64,000 nucleotides of DNA. Source: Macrostomum lignano (lineage: Eukaryota). Shown one piece after another: positions 22,158 through 32,833 of this stretch. Where the stretch lies: contig NIVC01000695.1 of assembly GCA_002269645.1 (NCBI GenBank), forward strand, positions 1 to 64,000, in the 5' to 3' direction. The position numbers were made by a program, and so were the translations under genes. How positions within the stretch are numbered: position 1 is the stretch's first letter; each line of letters begins with the position of its first letter. A model generated the notes under the pieces. The model ran no database searches, was not told the origin of the DNA, and saw nothing but the letters and a program-made list of their open reading frames with translations.

Positions 22158-25010
22158 TCACGACTTCTTGTTCTTCGATCTTAGGTTGTAGCCGTGCGTC
22201 TGTGGCTGACCTGGTGGCTCATCAGAGGACGTGGTTTGCAGCGCGATGGACTTGCTCAATGGCGGCCGATGGTTGTGGTGGACCTGAATGTCATCAGTTG
22301 TGAACTCAGGTAGGTGACTAGGTCCAGCGCTGAGTCCGTCTCCAGGCCATGGTTTCAGCTTGGAGGCATGTACCACGATTGGTCGTTCGCTTGGCCGGTT
22401 GACATCAGAAATCAGTGCGTTCTGATCGGAGAGCCATGCTAGTAGACGCATTGGGCCACGATAAGGATTGGAGAATTTTGTCTCCTTCGTTGCTGAGACA
22501 TCTAAATAGCATCGTGCACCGGGGCGTATGTAGCGGCTGTTGGTCTTCTTATCAGAGTTTTCAGCGCGCTGTTCAGCTGAGTTGTGCAGAAGTTACTTGG
22601 CGACTTCTCTGGCAAGCAAAATAGCTGAACAGGTCAAATTGACTGGTTTAATAACGTCCATGTATGCAGTTGTCTGGTGTTCCATGATCTGTGCGTTGGG
22701 TGGCAGGAAGTCTCGAGCGAAGAACAAGTAGAATGGTGATTCATTCATCGTTGAGTGTGCGGCGGTATTGATTGCTAGTGTCACCGCAGGTAGGAAGTCA
22801 ATCCAGAGATCTGGTTTGTCATGGACAAATGCCGTAAGAGTTTGCTTCAGTGTCTTGTGTGCGCGTTCGACGAAGTTGCTGGATGGTTGGTACACCGAGG
22901 TGTAGATCAGGTGTATTCCAAGGGCACCCATAAACTCTCGAAATTCTTGCGAGATGAATTGGGGTCCATTGTCTGAGATGATGTGTGCTGGTAGTCCTGC
23001 GAAAGCGAACACACGGTTGAAGAGGTTGTTGCAGATAGTTGCAGAAGTTGTCTCAGTTAGCGGGATAGTGAACAGGAATTTGCTAACGCCGCATTGGGCC
23101 GTGAGTATGTACTTGTAGACGTCGCGGCCGTGTGAAGCTGGTGGCAGTGGACCTACAAGGTCAATAGCCAAATGAGAGAAAACCTCGTTAAATTTGACGG
23201 CTTTGTGCAGCGGTCGTAGACGGGGTGCTGTTTTCGCTTTGTGGCAGACTTCGCAGTTGTTAACGAAATTGTAGACATCTTGTCGTAGTGTAGGCCAGTA
23301 ATAGAAGTGATTGATTTTGTCTGCTGTCTTTTGGTGACCTAGATGACCACCAAGGGCTGTCGAGTGGTTGCTTGTCAAAAGAGCTTCACGATAGCGTGTT
23401 GGTATCACGAGGCGGCTTCGTCCTTCGTCATCTTCAAAGTATAAAGTGTTTCCATCCAGAAAATAACGGGCCAGTTGTCGGCGAACATATTGTTGGTCTT
23501 TCTTGGACAGCTCGTGAGTGGGTGATTTTTCCGATAGAAGCGCTTTGATTGTAGACAGTAATGGGTCTTGATCAATGGCATCCTGCAGTCCGTTGAATGT
23601 TGACAGCGATTGTATCTGACAGACTTTGGGGATGCGTGAAAGGCAGTCCGCTACTACGTTTGATTTGCCTTTCACATAGTTGAGAGTGAAGTTGTAATCT
23701 TGTAGCGCTAGAATCCACTTCTGAAGTCGTTTTGAAATTGGCTGCTTGTCACTGAATAGACTCTTGAGTGGCTGGTGATCAGTGAAGACGTGGAACTGTT
23801 GGTAAGAAGCGTAGAGGAACACGTGTAGCTTCTTTATTGCCCAATAGATGGCGTATGCTTCGCGTTCAATCGGTGGATAGCGTCGTTCAGTTGAGCTTAG
23901 CGTCTTAGAGATGTAGGCAACCGGGCGTTGGTGGTTGCTGTCGTCTAGCTGAGAGAGTACTGCTCCAATGGCGGTATCCGAGGCATCAGTGTGCAGGAAG
24001 TACGGTTTTCGCGGATTTGGATGAACAAGTAGTATATCCGTAGAGAGAAGTTGTTTCAGCTTTTCAAAGGCTGCTTGGGCGGCGTTCGTCCAGACGAATT
24101 TGTTAGGCTTCGAAGTATTTTTGATGATACTCAGAAGTGGTTGTACTACTCGTGAGTAGCCAGCAATGTGCGTTCGGTAGAAATTTGCAAGTCCAAGAAA
24201 AGATTGTAGTTGTTTAACCGTTTGAGGCACAGGAAAGGTTTTGATTTTCTCGATAAGGCTGGGGGCTGGTCTAATGCCTTGAGCAGAAACAACAAATCCA
24301 AGATATTGTACCTCTGTTTTAGCAAAGATGCATTTTCGTAGTGAAATTCGCAATCCATGATGTCGTAACTTTTGGAAGAAGCGTTCGATTTCTTTGAGCA
24401 TGCCGGTGAAGTCTTCGGCGATGAGCATGACGTCATCCAAGTAGGCAATCTGATTTGGAGAGTCAGCTGTTAACAATGCTACAAGACGGCACATTAAGCT
24501 AGGACTGGACTTGAGTCCTTGAGGTAGTCGATTGAATTCCCAAAGTAGGCCGTTGGGTGCAATGAACGCAGTGTATTTTGTGCTTTCTGGATCGATCCGA
24601 ACTTGGTAGAAAGCATCTGCTAGGTCACAGAGTGTGTACAGTTTAGCGTTCTTTAATCGATGTAGCAAATCCGGAATCTTCGGAGGTCGGATGCTGGGAG
24701 CGCGAATTAGCTTGTTCAGCTTTCGGTAATCTGTCACGAGTCTTAGTTGTCGGCGACCTTGAGCGTCGAGCGTCTTCTTTTCCACGAGAAGACATGGACT
24801 TGAGTATTCAGATTCACTCGGACTGATGATTCCTTTTTGACGGAAGTTTTCGATGAGCTCATCAAACCGTTCTTGTAGTCCATGAGCGATTGGATAGGGT
24901 CTGGACGTGACTGGCTCAGAGTGTGGGTGTAGATGCAGGTGAGCCGTGTATTGGGTAGAGCAACCCATGTCGGTTGGCAGTAGTGCCAAGACGTCACGGT
25001 ACTTGTTCAT
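22158..25010 (-). CDS. pol: Element E RT-RNaseH-integrase. Frame break to the protease ORF at about 25030 and an in-frame TAA at 22593-22595 before the GPY/F tail
   Basis: YLDD, LHTDASD, YPPIEREA, GHLG..C..C, IDLVGP/SDNG. Reading through TAA gives KFSNPYRGPM...VVHASKLK up to 22158. Confidence 0.93.
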
Positions 25011-25026
25011 TAGAGTAACTAATTGT

Positions 25027-28000
25027 TCACTCTGCTCGGTTGAGGTGCTGGTTGGCTTGTTTGAGTTGAGTACGGATCATGTCAGTCGTAGGTACTTCTT
25101 GTTGCAGCGTGCGGAGACTGTTGATTTGAGCTGCTGGGCGCACGATGTTGTAGTCAGACATGTTGGCTAGATTTCCAATGACTTGTTGAGGATGCAAGGT
25201 TTGCGTTGTCAGCGACGGGTTGGCAATTTCCACAGTGATAGTTTGTCCGTCCGGGTTGACAGAAACAAGGCAAGTTGGTATCATCAACTGGTGTTTCTGG
25301 ATCGTGTGGTCCTTAGGGACGAACAGGACAGGAATCGTTGGCTCATGTCGAGAAGAGAGTTTCAGCGTGACTTGGTGCTTTGTCTGTGGTGGTAACTCTA
25401 GCTTGTTTTGCATCACCGCAGAGGTTTCTTGCAACTGTTGGATGGAGTTGAGCATCGCAAATTGCTCATTGCCAAGCTTAGCTGTCGCTTTTGAGTAGTC
25501 AAATTGTAGTGGTATTCCTAGTGACTTAAAGGTTTCTACTCCTAAGAGCAAATCATAGTCAGCGTCGGGGGTGTCAAGCACAAAGGCCGATATCTTGTGG
25601 TTGCGTCCATCGATTTCGAGATCGAAAGTGGCCTTTTTGTTGAGGTTTAGTTGTTGTCCTCCTGCACAAATGGCGTTCATATTGGTGTCTTGTAGTGGTA
25701 CTCGAAGCTTCTTGGCGAATGCCGGTGAGATGCAGGAGATCGAGGCGCCGCTGTCAATGAGGGCGGTGCATCTGTGTCGAGTATGCGGTGTGTTGCGGCA
25801 CCACAGGTTGATCATAGTTGCTGTTGTTAGATGCTTCAAAACAAAGGCGTATGAGTAGTTTGCTGGCCATTTTGGAACTTTAGGTTCTGGCGGTGGTCTC
25901 CGTGGTGGCGGAAGGGTGGCACGAAGTTCAATCGTTTCGATGGGTGCCGAGGGTGTTGGCGCTTGTCTCGGTGGTATCAGTTGCTGTTGTTGGGAGTAGT
26001 CGTTTCGTGATTCCACTCGAGTTGGAGTTCGTTGTTGCCGCAGCACTTGTATAGTGTGCGTTCTGCCGTAACGGATGGTGCTGGCAACGCATAGTCGGCC
26101 AAGATTGCACACGAAGATAATAACGGCAATGTAGACAATAACAGCTGCTGTTAATACGAACTTTTCTTGATAGTTTGCGACTAGTCGATCCCAGTTGAAT
26201 ATCGACGAAGACCATAGATTGAGGAGAGCTAGTTTTGAGTCCAGGAATGCACTGTCAGCATGTGCTGTTCTATGTCGTGTTCGATTCGGAAGTTTGAAAA
26301 CCGTAATCAGAAAATCACGAGTTTGCATGAACTGGTGCATTAGGTCGGTCACCGTTATCGGACTACGAAGTGAAGTATAATTGATATCTCCCATAGGTTT
26401 GAAGATGCTTTCGGAGACTGAAGTTTGCAAATCGGACAACCGATAGTTTTCATCGGATCTGACATTAGCAGTTGTGGGTTCAAACCTCGAAAAATTTAGT
26501 GTGGTCTTGAATAGCATCGATTGTTTAGGCAGGTAGTAGTACGGGAAGGCGTCGCATGAGATTAGAGCTGGAGTAGCTGTGGAGACAATACGAGTCGTTG
26601 TGTCCAAAAATCCAAGAACAGTATAATTTTGTAGGCGGAATTCCAGTGGGGGACGCGTGAAGCATTGGTTCGTCTTATACTTTGGTTGGACAAAGCGAAA
26701 TTGATGTAGAGGTTTGCACTGGTAGACGAAGAGATATCCAGCAATGGATCTAGCTCGCAAGAAAGGATCATTTAATAAGAGTCGACCAGCGAGCGTTGGT
26801 TGTGTGTAGTATAACTGTCGGTTGTACTTGAGATTAGTTGCGTACATCATGCATTGAGTAGTTGCAAGCTGCCTCTGTACTTGGAGAAGGTCTTTTCGAG
26901 CTTTACTAGCAGCTCCTTGTAGTTGTCCAGCAAGAAGTTCAGCGGATGCGAACGTTGATGAAAGTTGCGCAGTAGAGTTGCCTGAAGGGGCTGCGATGGT
27001 TTTGTCATCTGTGCTTCGCTTGTTGCGTGGTAGTAGTAGGAGATCCGGTTGACCACCTTGTGGTTCGTGATATGGAACTGCTAGATTCGTATGAATAGAA
27101 GCCAGTTGTGGATCTGTTGTTGTCGCTGGTGAGTTTGTCGTGAAGGTTGAGGTTGCAGACTTTGCTGGTGCACTGGTTGTGCTGCTAGAGGTTGAGGTTG
27201 TTGGCGGTAAAGTGGTGGTGGTACTAGGTTGTATCGTCACTTTTGTAGTCGTCGTAGTTGAATCTGCTGTCGTTGTTGCTGCTGAGGTTGTAGCATTGGT
27301 GGTTGTTGAAGTTGTCGGTGTTACGGTTGTTGTAGGTATTGCTGTCGTTGTAGTCGGTGGCATTGTCGTCGTAGCTGGTGGTGTTGTCATTGTAGTCGGT
27401 GGTGTTGTCGTTGTAGCTGGTGGTGTTGTCGTTGTAGCTGGTGGTGTTGTCGTTGTAGCTGGTGGTGTTGTCGTTGTCAAAATTGTAGTTGTTGGTGGTG
27501 ATTTTGTAGTAGTTAGTATCGTAGTTGTTGGCGTCATTGTTGTAGAAGTGCTTGACGTCGGTGGATGATCAGGTCGTTCTTGTCGTAAAGGTTGCGGCGG
27601 TAGGAATTGTCGTGACTGTGTTGTCGTAGTGGAAGGATGTTGAGTCGTCGATTGCTGAACTGGTAATATAGTTGGTGGCGTTGGTAGTATGGCTGGTGGT
27701 GAACGACGTTTTTGTCTCGAAGAAGTGGTTTCTTCGCTAATTTGAGGTTTTGGAGTAGCTTCTTCTAATGGGCTTCGTAAGGTGGCGAGAAATTCTGCTT
27801 CTTTGTTGTCGAGGATGTCTACGTATAGACCTTGTGTTGAAAGGTACAACGTCTTACGGACGCCAGTGCAGGTGAGAGTGTGAGTCGACGGCACTGGGTT
27901 GAAGGTTAGTCCCAATGTTTGATCATTAGTTAAGAACAAGCCGGAGTTTAAGTTGCCTTCAAGAGTACGAAATGGTTTTAGAGGACAATCAGCGAGCGGT

Positions 28001-28860
28001 GGAGGTGTCAAAATGAGATTTAGATGTCTTGGTCCTTTTACGTCAATTTGGTAGATTGCTTCAGTTTCCAAAGGATCCCAGGGGGATGTTAGTATCGGCA
28101 AAGGTAGGTTGAAAGCTCGCATTTCTTGTGCAGTTGTTTTAATTGTACAAAATTTGTCGGCGAGTTTGCAGTTGTTCATTGGGAAGGACAAATATTCCAT
28201 TTTTTGATCTGCTGTTGAGTAGGCTGGGATTCCGGTAATCACTGTTGTTACTATTTGTTCTGAATTGGAACCGGGAGTGCAACGCACAGCATTTTGCGTG
28301 TTGAATGTCGATTGCAGGCGTTGGATAGACTGAGTTGACGCAGTCTTTAACACTAATGATCCATCAGGCGATAGCTTTGTTCGTGCCCAGTTTTCACAAT
28401 CAGCTTGAGTGACTGGTTGCGGTTCCAACTCTACCAGGGCGGATGTCCAGGTTCTTATCACCGCCTTATCACATCTGATAGTGATTTTCTCGCGGAAACA
28501 GACAGTCATAACCAGAGAACTGGTTTCCACGTTCGTTGTGTAAAGTTCCAGTTTCAACGGGAGTGTCGGCGTTGTTTGGTGTTTGAGCTGTTCACAACGG
28601 ATCTCATGTGGTATCGTGAAAATTCGTGGGATCTGGTTGTACGGACAGACCATTGGTGTGTCAATGAAGCCCTCGTGGGATTGTCTCTCGATCGACGGTG
28701 GAGTTGACGTCGTTACCGGAGTAGCGTTGGCTAGTGCGAGGAGTGAAGTTGCTAGGCACAGGAGAAAAAGTGCCAGTAGTGATCGGCGAATTCCAACGGA
28801 AGCTTTCACGGTTTTCTCGCGGTTTTTGTTGCTGGTCGGTGGAGTGTAGGCGTTAGTCAA
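25027..28860 (-). CDS. env: Element E envelope-protease fusion ORF: signal peptide, class III (gB-like) glycoprotein with mucin insert, TM, Pro-rich tail, aspartic protease
   Basis: One 1277-aa open frame containing: hydrophobic LLALFLLCLATSLLALANA; Cys-patterned ectodomain; RQKRR and RNKR sites; Thr-rich region; TM FVLTAAVIVYIAVIIFVCNL; ALIDSGAS...DLLLG protease motifs. Confidence 0.85.
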   Translation of the reverse strand: MTNAYTPPTSNKNREKTVKASVGIRRSLLALFLLCLATSLLALANATPVTTSTPPSIERQSHEGFIDTPMVCPYNQIPRIFTIPHEIRCEQLKHQTTPTLPLKLELYTTNVETSSLVMTVCFREKITIRCDKAVIRTWTSALVELEPQPVTQADCENWARTKLSPDGSLVLKTASTQSIQRLQSTFNTQNAVRCTPGSNSEQIVTTVITGIPAYSTADQKMEYLSFPMNNCKLADKFCTIKTTAQEMRAFNLPLPILTSPWDPLETEAIYQIDVKGPRHLNLILTPPPLADCPLKPFRTLEGNLNSGLFLTNDQTLGLTFNPVPSTHTLTCTGVRKTLYLSTQGLYVDILDNKEAEFLATLRSPLEEATPKPQISEETTSSRQKRRSPPAILPTPPTILPVQQSTTQHPSTTTTQSRQFLPPQPLRQERPDHPPTSSTSTTMTPTTTILTTTKSPPTTTILTTTTPPATTTTPPATTTTPPATTTTPPTTMTTPPATTTMPPTTTTAIPTTTVTPTTSTTTNATTSAATTTADSTTTTTKVTIQPSTTTTLPPTTSTSSSTTSAPAKSATSTFTTNSPATTTDPQLASIHTNLAVPYHEPQGGQPDLLLLPRNKRSTDDKTIAAPSGNSTAQLSSTFASAELLAGQLQGAASKARKDLLQVQRQLATTQCMMYATNLKYNRQLYYTQPTLAGRLLLNDPFLRARSIAGYLFVYQCKPLHQFRFVQPKYKTNQCFTRPPLEFRLQNYTVLGFLDTTTRIVSTATPALISCDAFPYYYLPKQSMLFKTTLNFSRFEPTTANVRSDENYRLSDLQTSVSESIFKPMGDINYTSLRSPITVTDLMHQFMQTRDFLITVFKLPNRTRHRTAHADSAFLDSKLALLNLWSSSIFNWDRLVANYQEKFVLTAAVIVYIAVIIFVCNLGRLCVASTIRYGRTHTIQVLRQQRTPTRVESRNDYSQQQQLIPPRQAPTPSAPIETIELRATLPPPRRPPPEPKVPKWPANYSYAFVLKHLTTATMINLWCRNTPHTRHRCTALIDSGASISCISPAFAKKLRVPLQDTNMNAICAGGQQLNLNKKATFDLEIDGRNHKISAFVLDTPDADYDLLLGVETFKSLGIPLQFDYSKATAKLGNEQFAMLNSIQQLQETSAVMQNKLELPPQTKHQVTLKLSSRHEPTIPVLFVPKDHTIQKHQLMIPTCLVSVNPDGQTITVEIANPSLTTQTLHPQQVIGNLANMSDYNIVRPAAQINSLRTLQQEVPTTDMIRTQLKQANQHLNRAE

Positions 28861-30625
28861 CCGTACAAAGGCGAATAGAGTTGATAGTCGCAGCGGCAGT
28901 AGTCGGTTTTTTGAGTAAAGATTTCAGCTGCTTAGCGTCTCCAGAGTAGCGAATTTCGTTTCCAAAAGTCGGTGGGCGTTCATCAACTGTAGCAATGTGC
29001 ATCAGTTGGGCAGACTCGGGAGCGTCGTGAGTCGTCCATCCAATCTGCGGCTGTTGATTCCATCCTGGGTGGGACGTTTCAAGGTCCTGAGCAGTGATGG
29101 CGCGGATCGGTGGATATTGTTGTTGCGCAAATCTCGGAGGTTGTCGTTGATTGTTGGCGCCGTTGTATCGAGGCGGATAGCGTTGCTGAGGCCGGTTTCC
29201 ATAGTCTTGACGGGGTGGAAATCGTGATTGTTGTGTCGCCGGTGGACCGTAGCCTTGTGTACGTTGGGCTCGTAGTCGGCACTGGTTAATAGAGTGTCCT
29301 GGTTTCCGGCAATAGTTACAGGTCAATCGTGGCGGTCCCTGCTGGTAACGATCCCGCGGGGCATCAGAGCCGTATTGAGCTGTGTTCCTTCGATCGCTTG
29401 AGTTAGGTCGGAAGGGACGAGGTTGTTGGTCATTCCTTCGACGACAGTCGGCGGCATAGTGTCCAGGTCGACCGCAATGATAACAAGTGGGCTTCTGTTG
29501 TATATTAGCGATAGGTGGCTTGGTTTGTGTTTGCAGGGAGGCAACCACCTGCTGATTGGCTTCCTTCGTCGTTTTTTCTAAGGTAGTTAAACGCTCTGTG
29601 AGAGCTTTCAAGTCAGTGCCATCAGAGTCCATGGTGGAGTCGCGGATTTGTTCGGCGCGGATGGCCTTGTTGATTAGCGTACTTTCCGTGGTGATATTTT
29701 GCTTCAAGAGTTCTCGTTTGATGTAGGGTAGAGCATTGTTAATAGTCGTAGCCATCAGGGTAGCAAGGAAGTCTCGGTTGCGCTGGTCGATGACAGCTTG
29801 ATTCGCGGGTGGTGTTTCCGGACCGGCACCTTCCGGAAATTCTTCCGGTATTTCCGGCATAGCTGACCTGAGCTTTCGACGAATGTCGGTGAAATAAGAC
29901 AGGAACGGTTCGCCGTACTGTTGTTTCCGGGTTGTTGCATTATGCAACGTTAGAGCCGAGCCAATGGTTACTTCCCGAAGGCGTTGAGATAGTGCCTCAA
30001 TGGTGGCTGGATAAGAGGCTTGGACTGCGGCAGAGAGGCGACTGTATTCGAGTTTAAGAAGGTCATTCAGTAGTCGCGGGAAGAGCCGAATCTTTGCGTT
30101 CTCCGATAGTCCAAAGGAGCGTGTGATCAAGTCGAACTCTTCAGTGAAGGAACGGAAGTCATGCATTTGGTCGATTCCTTTCAGGGATTGACGAATTTCA
30201 GCAAGAGCAGTAGCTGAGACGGGATGGTTTGATTGCAATTGCAGACTGCGGTTCATAACATCAGTAAGTTCACGGACAGCATTTGTGGCTGCAGCATCAA
30301 CATGGGGAGCGCCGTCCGGATCAGCCATGTCTAGAGTAGATTCTTCAGCAATAGCGTTTGGGGCTTGTTGAACTGTTTCGTCCGCGTCTGTTAGAATGGA
30401 ACTGGGTGCTGGCGAGTGTGCACGGTTGTGTTCAAAATGATCCGCAAGAGGATTATTAAACTCAACGTTATCTGGTACAAACAGGTTAGGTACTGGTGAA
30501 CTATTTCGTGGGGGCTGTTCACCTACTTGGCGGTCAGAAGTTTCTAAATTTTGTTCAGGAGGTCTGTTAAGATTTGAGCTTTGAAAAACTGGTCCGGAAC
30601 GTAAATCTCGGACAGGTGTGGTCAT
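28853..30625 (-). CDS. gag: Element E gag (capsid + two CCHC knuckles)
   Basis: First ATG at 30625 (MTTPVRDLRS). Capsid-like QQYGEPFLSYFTDIRRK. Knuckles CYHCGRPGHYAADC and CNYCRKPGHSINQC. Confidence 0.92.
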   Translation of the reverse strand: MTTPVRDLRSGPVFQSSNLNRPPEQNLETSDRQVGEQPPRNSSPVPNLFVPDNVEFNNPLADHFEHNRAHSPAPSSILTDADETVQQAPNAIAEESTLDMADPDGAPHVDAAATNAVRELTDVMNRSLQLQSNHPVSATALAEIRQSLKGIDQMHDFRSFTEEFDLITRSFGLSENAKIRLFPRLLNDLLKLEYSRLSAAVQASYPATIEALSQRLREVTIGSALTLHNATTRKQQYGEPFLSYFTDIRRKLRSAMPEIPEEFPEGAGPETPPANQAVIDQRNRDFLATLMATTINNALPYIKRELLKQNITTESTLINKAIRAEQIRDSTMDSDGTDLKALTERLTTLEKTTKEANQQVVASLQTQTKPPIANIQQKPTCYHCGRPGHYAADCRRRNDQQPRPFRPNSSDRRNTAQYGSDAPRDRYQQGPPRLTCNYCRKPGHSINQCRLRAQRTQGYGPPATQQSRFPPRQDYGNRPQQRYPPRYNGANNQRQPPRFAQQQYPPIRAITAQDLETSHPGWNQQPQIGWTTHDAPESAQLMHIATVDERPPTFGNEIRYSGDAKQLKSLLKKPTTAAATINSIRLCTVD

Positions 30626-32833
30626 TAACAAGAATTCAATCAATAATTTCAAGGCAACGATAGCACAAAAATGTAACTGATAGCAAAGTAAAGAGAGAGT
30701 GTCAAGTTCAAAGTGAGCAAACGGCAATGGCTTTCAGGGTTGCGGTTGGCGGACTGGCTGGGGAAGGGAGAAAAAGAGAGACTGTGTGATTTTTTGAACT
30801 GTGATCTGCAACGAGCTTTGAAAATCGAAGTAATTTTGAATTAAACTGCCTTTTGATCGGTTCTGAAACTTTGAATTTTGAAATTTTGAACTGGGTGAAA
30901 TTTTGAATTGAACTGCCTTTTTGATCGGTTCTGAAACTTTTATTGAAACTGAATTTGATAAAGGAGCTCCTGAATGTTGGACTAGACGGACATCAGTGGT
31001 GGCCAATAAAATCGAATTTGTATCATTGAAATAGGCAGTTTTCTTTTTCTTGAAGTCGGCAGTTTATTCTTTTTTTTGAAGTCGGCAGTTTTCTTCTGAG
31101 AATTCGTTCTGGCTTTTGAATTTCTAATCTGAATTTTTGAGCTATCTGACGAGTTTCAGCTAGGGGGTTGATTTCATAATTTTAAGCAAACGTAGAGTAA
31201 TGTTTTTGTAGTTTTGTAAATTTGCTATTTTTAATTTTTGAAAATTTTATAATTTTTATTGATCGGACTGATCATTTTGCAACTTTAACATGATAAGAGC
31301 AGTACGGATTATACGAAATGGACTATAAGCAATGGTATTATTTTTTGTGTTTTCAAGTTTTATTATTTTTTGGTGATCGAATGACCATTTTTAAGCTTTG
31401 TCATAAGCGAAGGGGATATGGGGTTACCAAAAAGCTCGCGCCACTGGCAGTAGAGGGATGGGAGAAAATTTGAGGTTATTTTGGTCTTAATCCATCATGC
31501 GAAACGGGGGGGGGAGCTAGGGACAGATCCCAGGGGAGGTCGGTTGTCAGTGATTGCAGAGAAAACATCGCTGGGCCGGTGATGAAGTGGCAGGAGGGAG
31601 CTGGCCTGGACAGTTTGGTTAGGAAAAATATTTTTTGTGGGAGATGAAGTTGAGTGATGGTTTTAATCAAGAAAAGAGGTCTCTCTGGGAGGTTGAGTAG
31701 GCACACAAAGTCTGATGTGGGCAGTTTGTTTAAGATGAATATTTATTGGAGGAAACTGGAGTTGATTAAACACACAAGAAATTCCCAGCATCCTGAATGA
31801 TCCATAGAAGGCAACTGCCAGAATCAGCAATCCGAAAAAAAAACTTGGGTCGATAAGGATTTGATGGATGGGGCTCGTGGGGTTTGCAAACAGTGAGTTT
31901 GGAGTGTTTAATCAAGAAAAATAATGGAAGGCTAGGCAAGCGGTCTACGAAAATAAGAAAAGTTTTCCGGATGAAGCACGCAGGTTCGGCAAACAATTGG
32001 TTGGGACTTTAATCAAGGAAAATGATGAATGGTCAGGCAAGCAGCCTGTCGGATAAGCGAAAAAAAATTTTTTTGTTGACAGCAAGAAATTGGTGGCTCC
32101 AGAGTTTGATTAATATTTGCTGTAGTGACTTTGTTTGAATAGCTCGTCAGGTTTTTTGCGTTTTCGTCTTTCTTTCGGGCGCTTAACGGCGCAGAGAATC
32201 TGAGATAAGCCAGTTTTCTAGATGTGGCCACACACTGGGAAAAACCGAGGAGGAAATCGAATGGCTCAGTCGCTTTGGAGAGTTTCAAATATATATGAAG
32301 AAATCCAGAGCAGACTTTGCTATTCTGTGGAAAAGCAGTGAAGGAAGAGGCGTCCAACATTAAATAAACTTGAACAATTGATGATGCCGCGGTCTTTGAA
32401 AAATCGAAGCTTTGAAGCTTGAACAATTGAGGATCCGAATAACTGAATTGAATTTCTGCATTGAAGCTTTGAGGCTTGAGAATAAGAACTCGATATCAGA
32501 CGTTCGACGACGTTTCTTGAATTGAATTGAAGTTGAAATTGTTCCGGAACGATAATAAATTGACTTTCATGGATCCTTTGAATTTGAAACAACTTGAATC
32601 AGGTCTCAGTGCACTGGACAAAACTTAAAACCGATTTGAATTCTGAATTTGAATTTGAGAGCTCGTGATTTACGATTCATTCTTCGAATTTGTATTACTG
32701 ACAGTCTCGAATGCGCAAAATGGAGGGGAGGGGAAGCCAGTCCAACCGTTCGCACCCATCAGCCACGCCTATAGCTGTCTACCCCATGCAGGGCATGGCG
32801 GCTATTGTGGTGAAAAGCATCGGAGGAAAAGTA

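Noticed and set aside
27140-27568. Poly-Val hydrophobic ORF on the plus strand
   Set aside because: Antisense shadow of the Thr-rich mucin codons.
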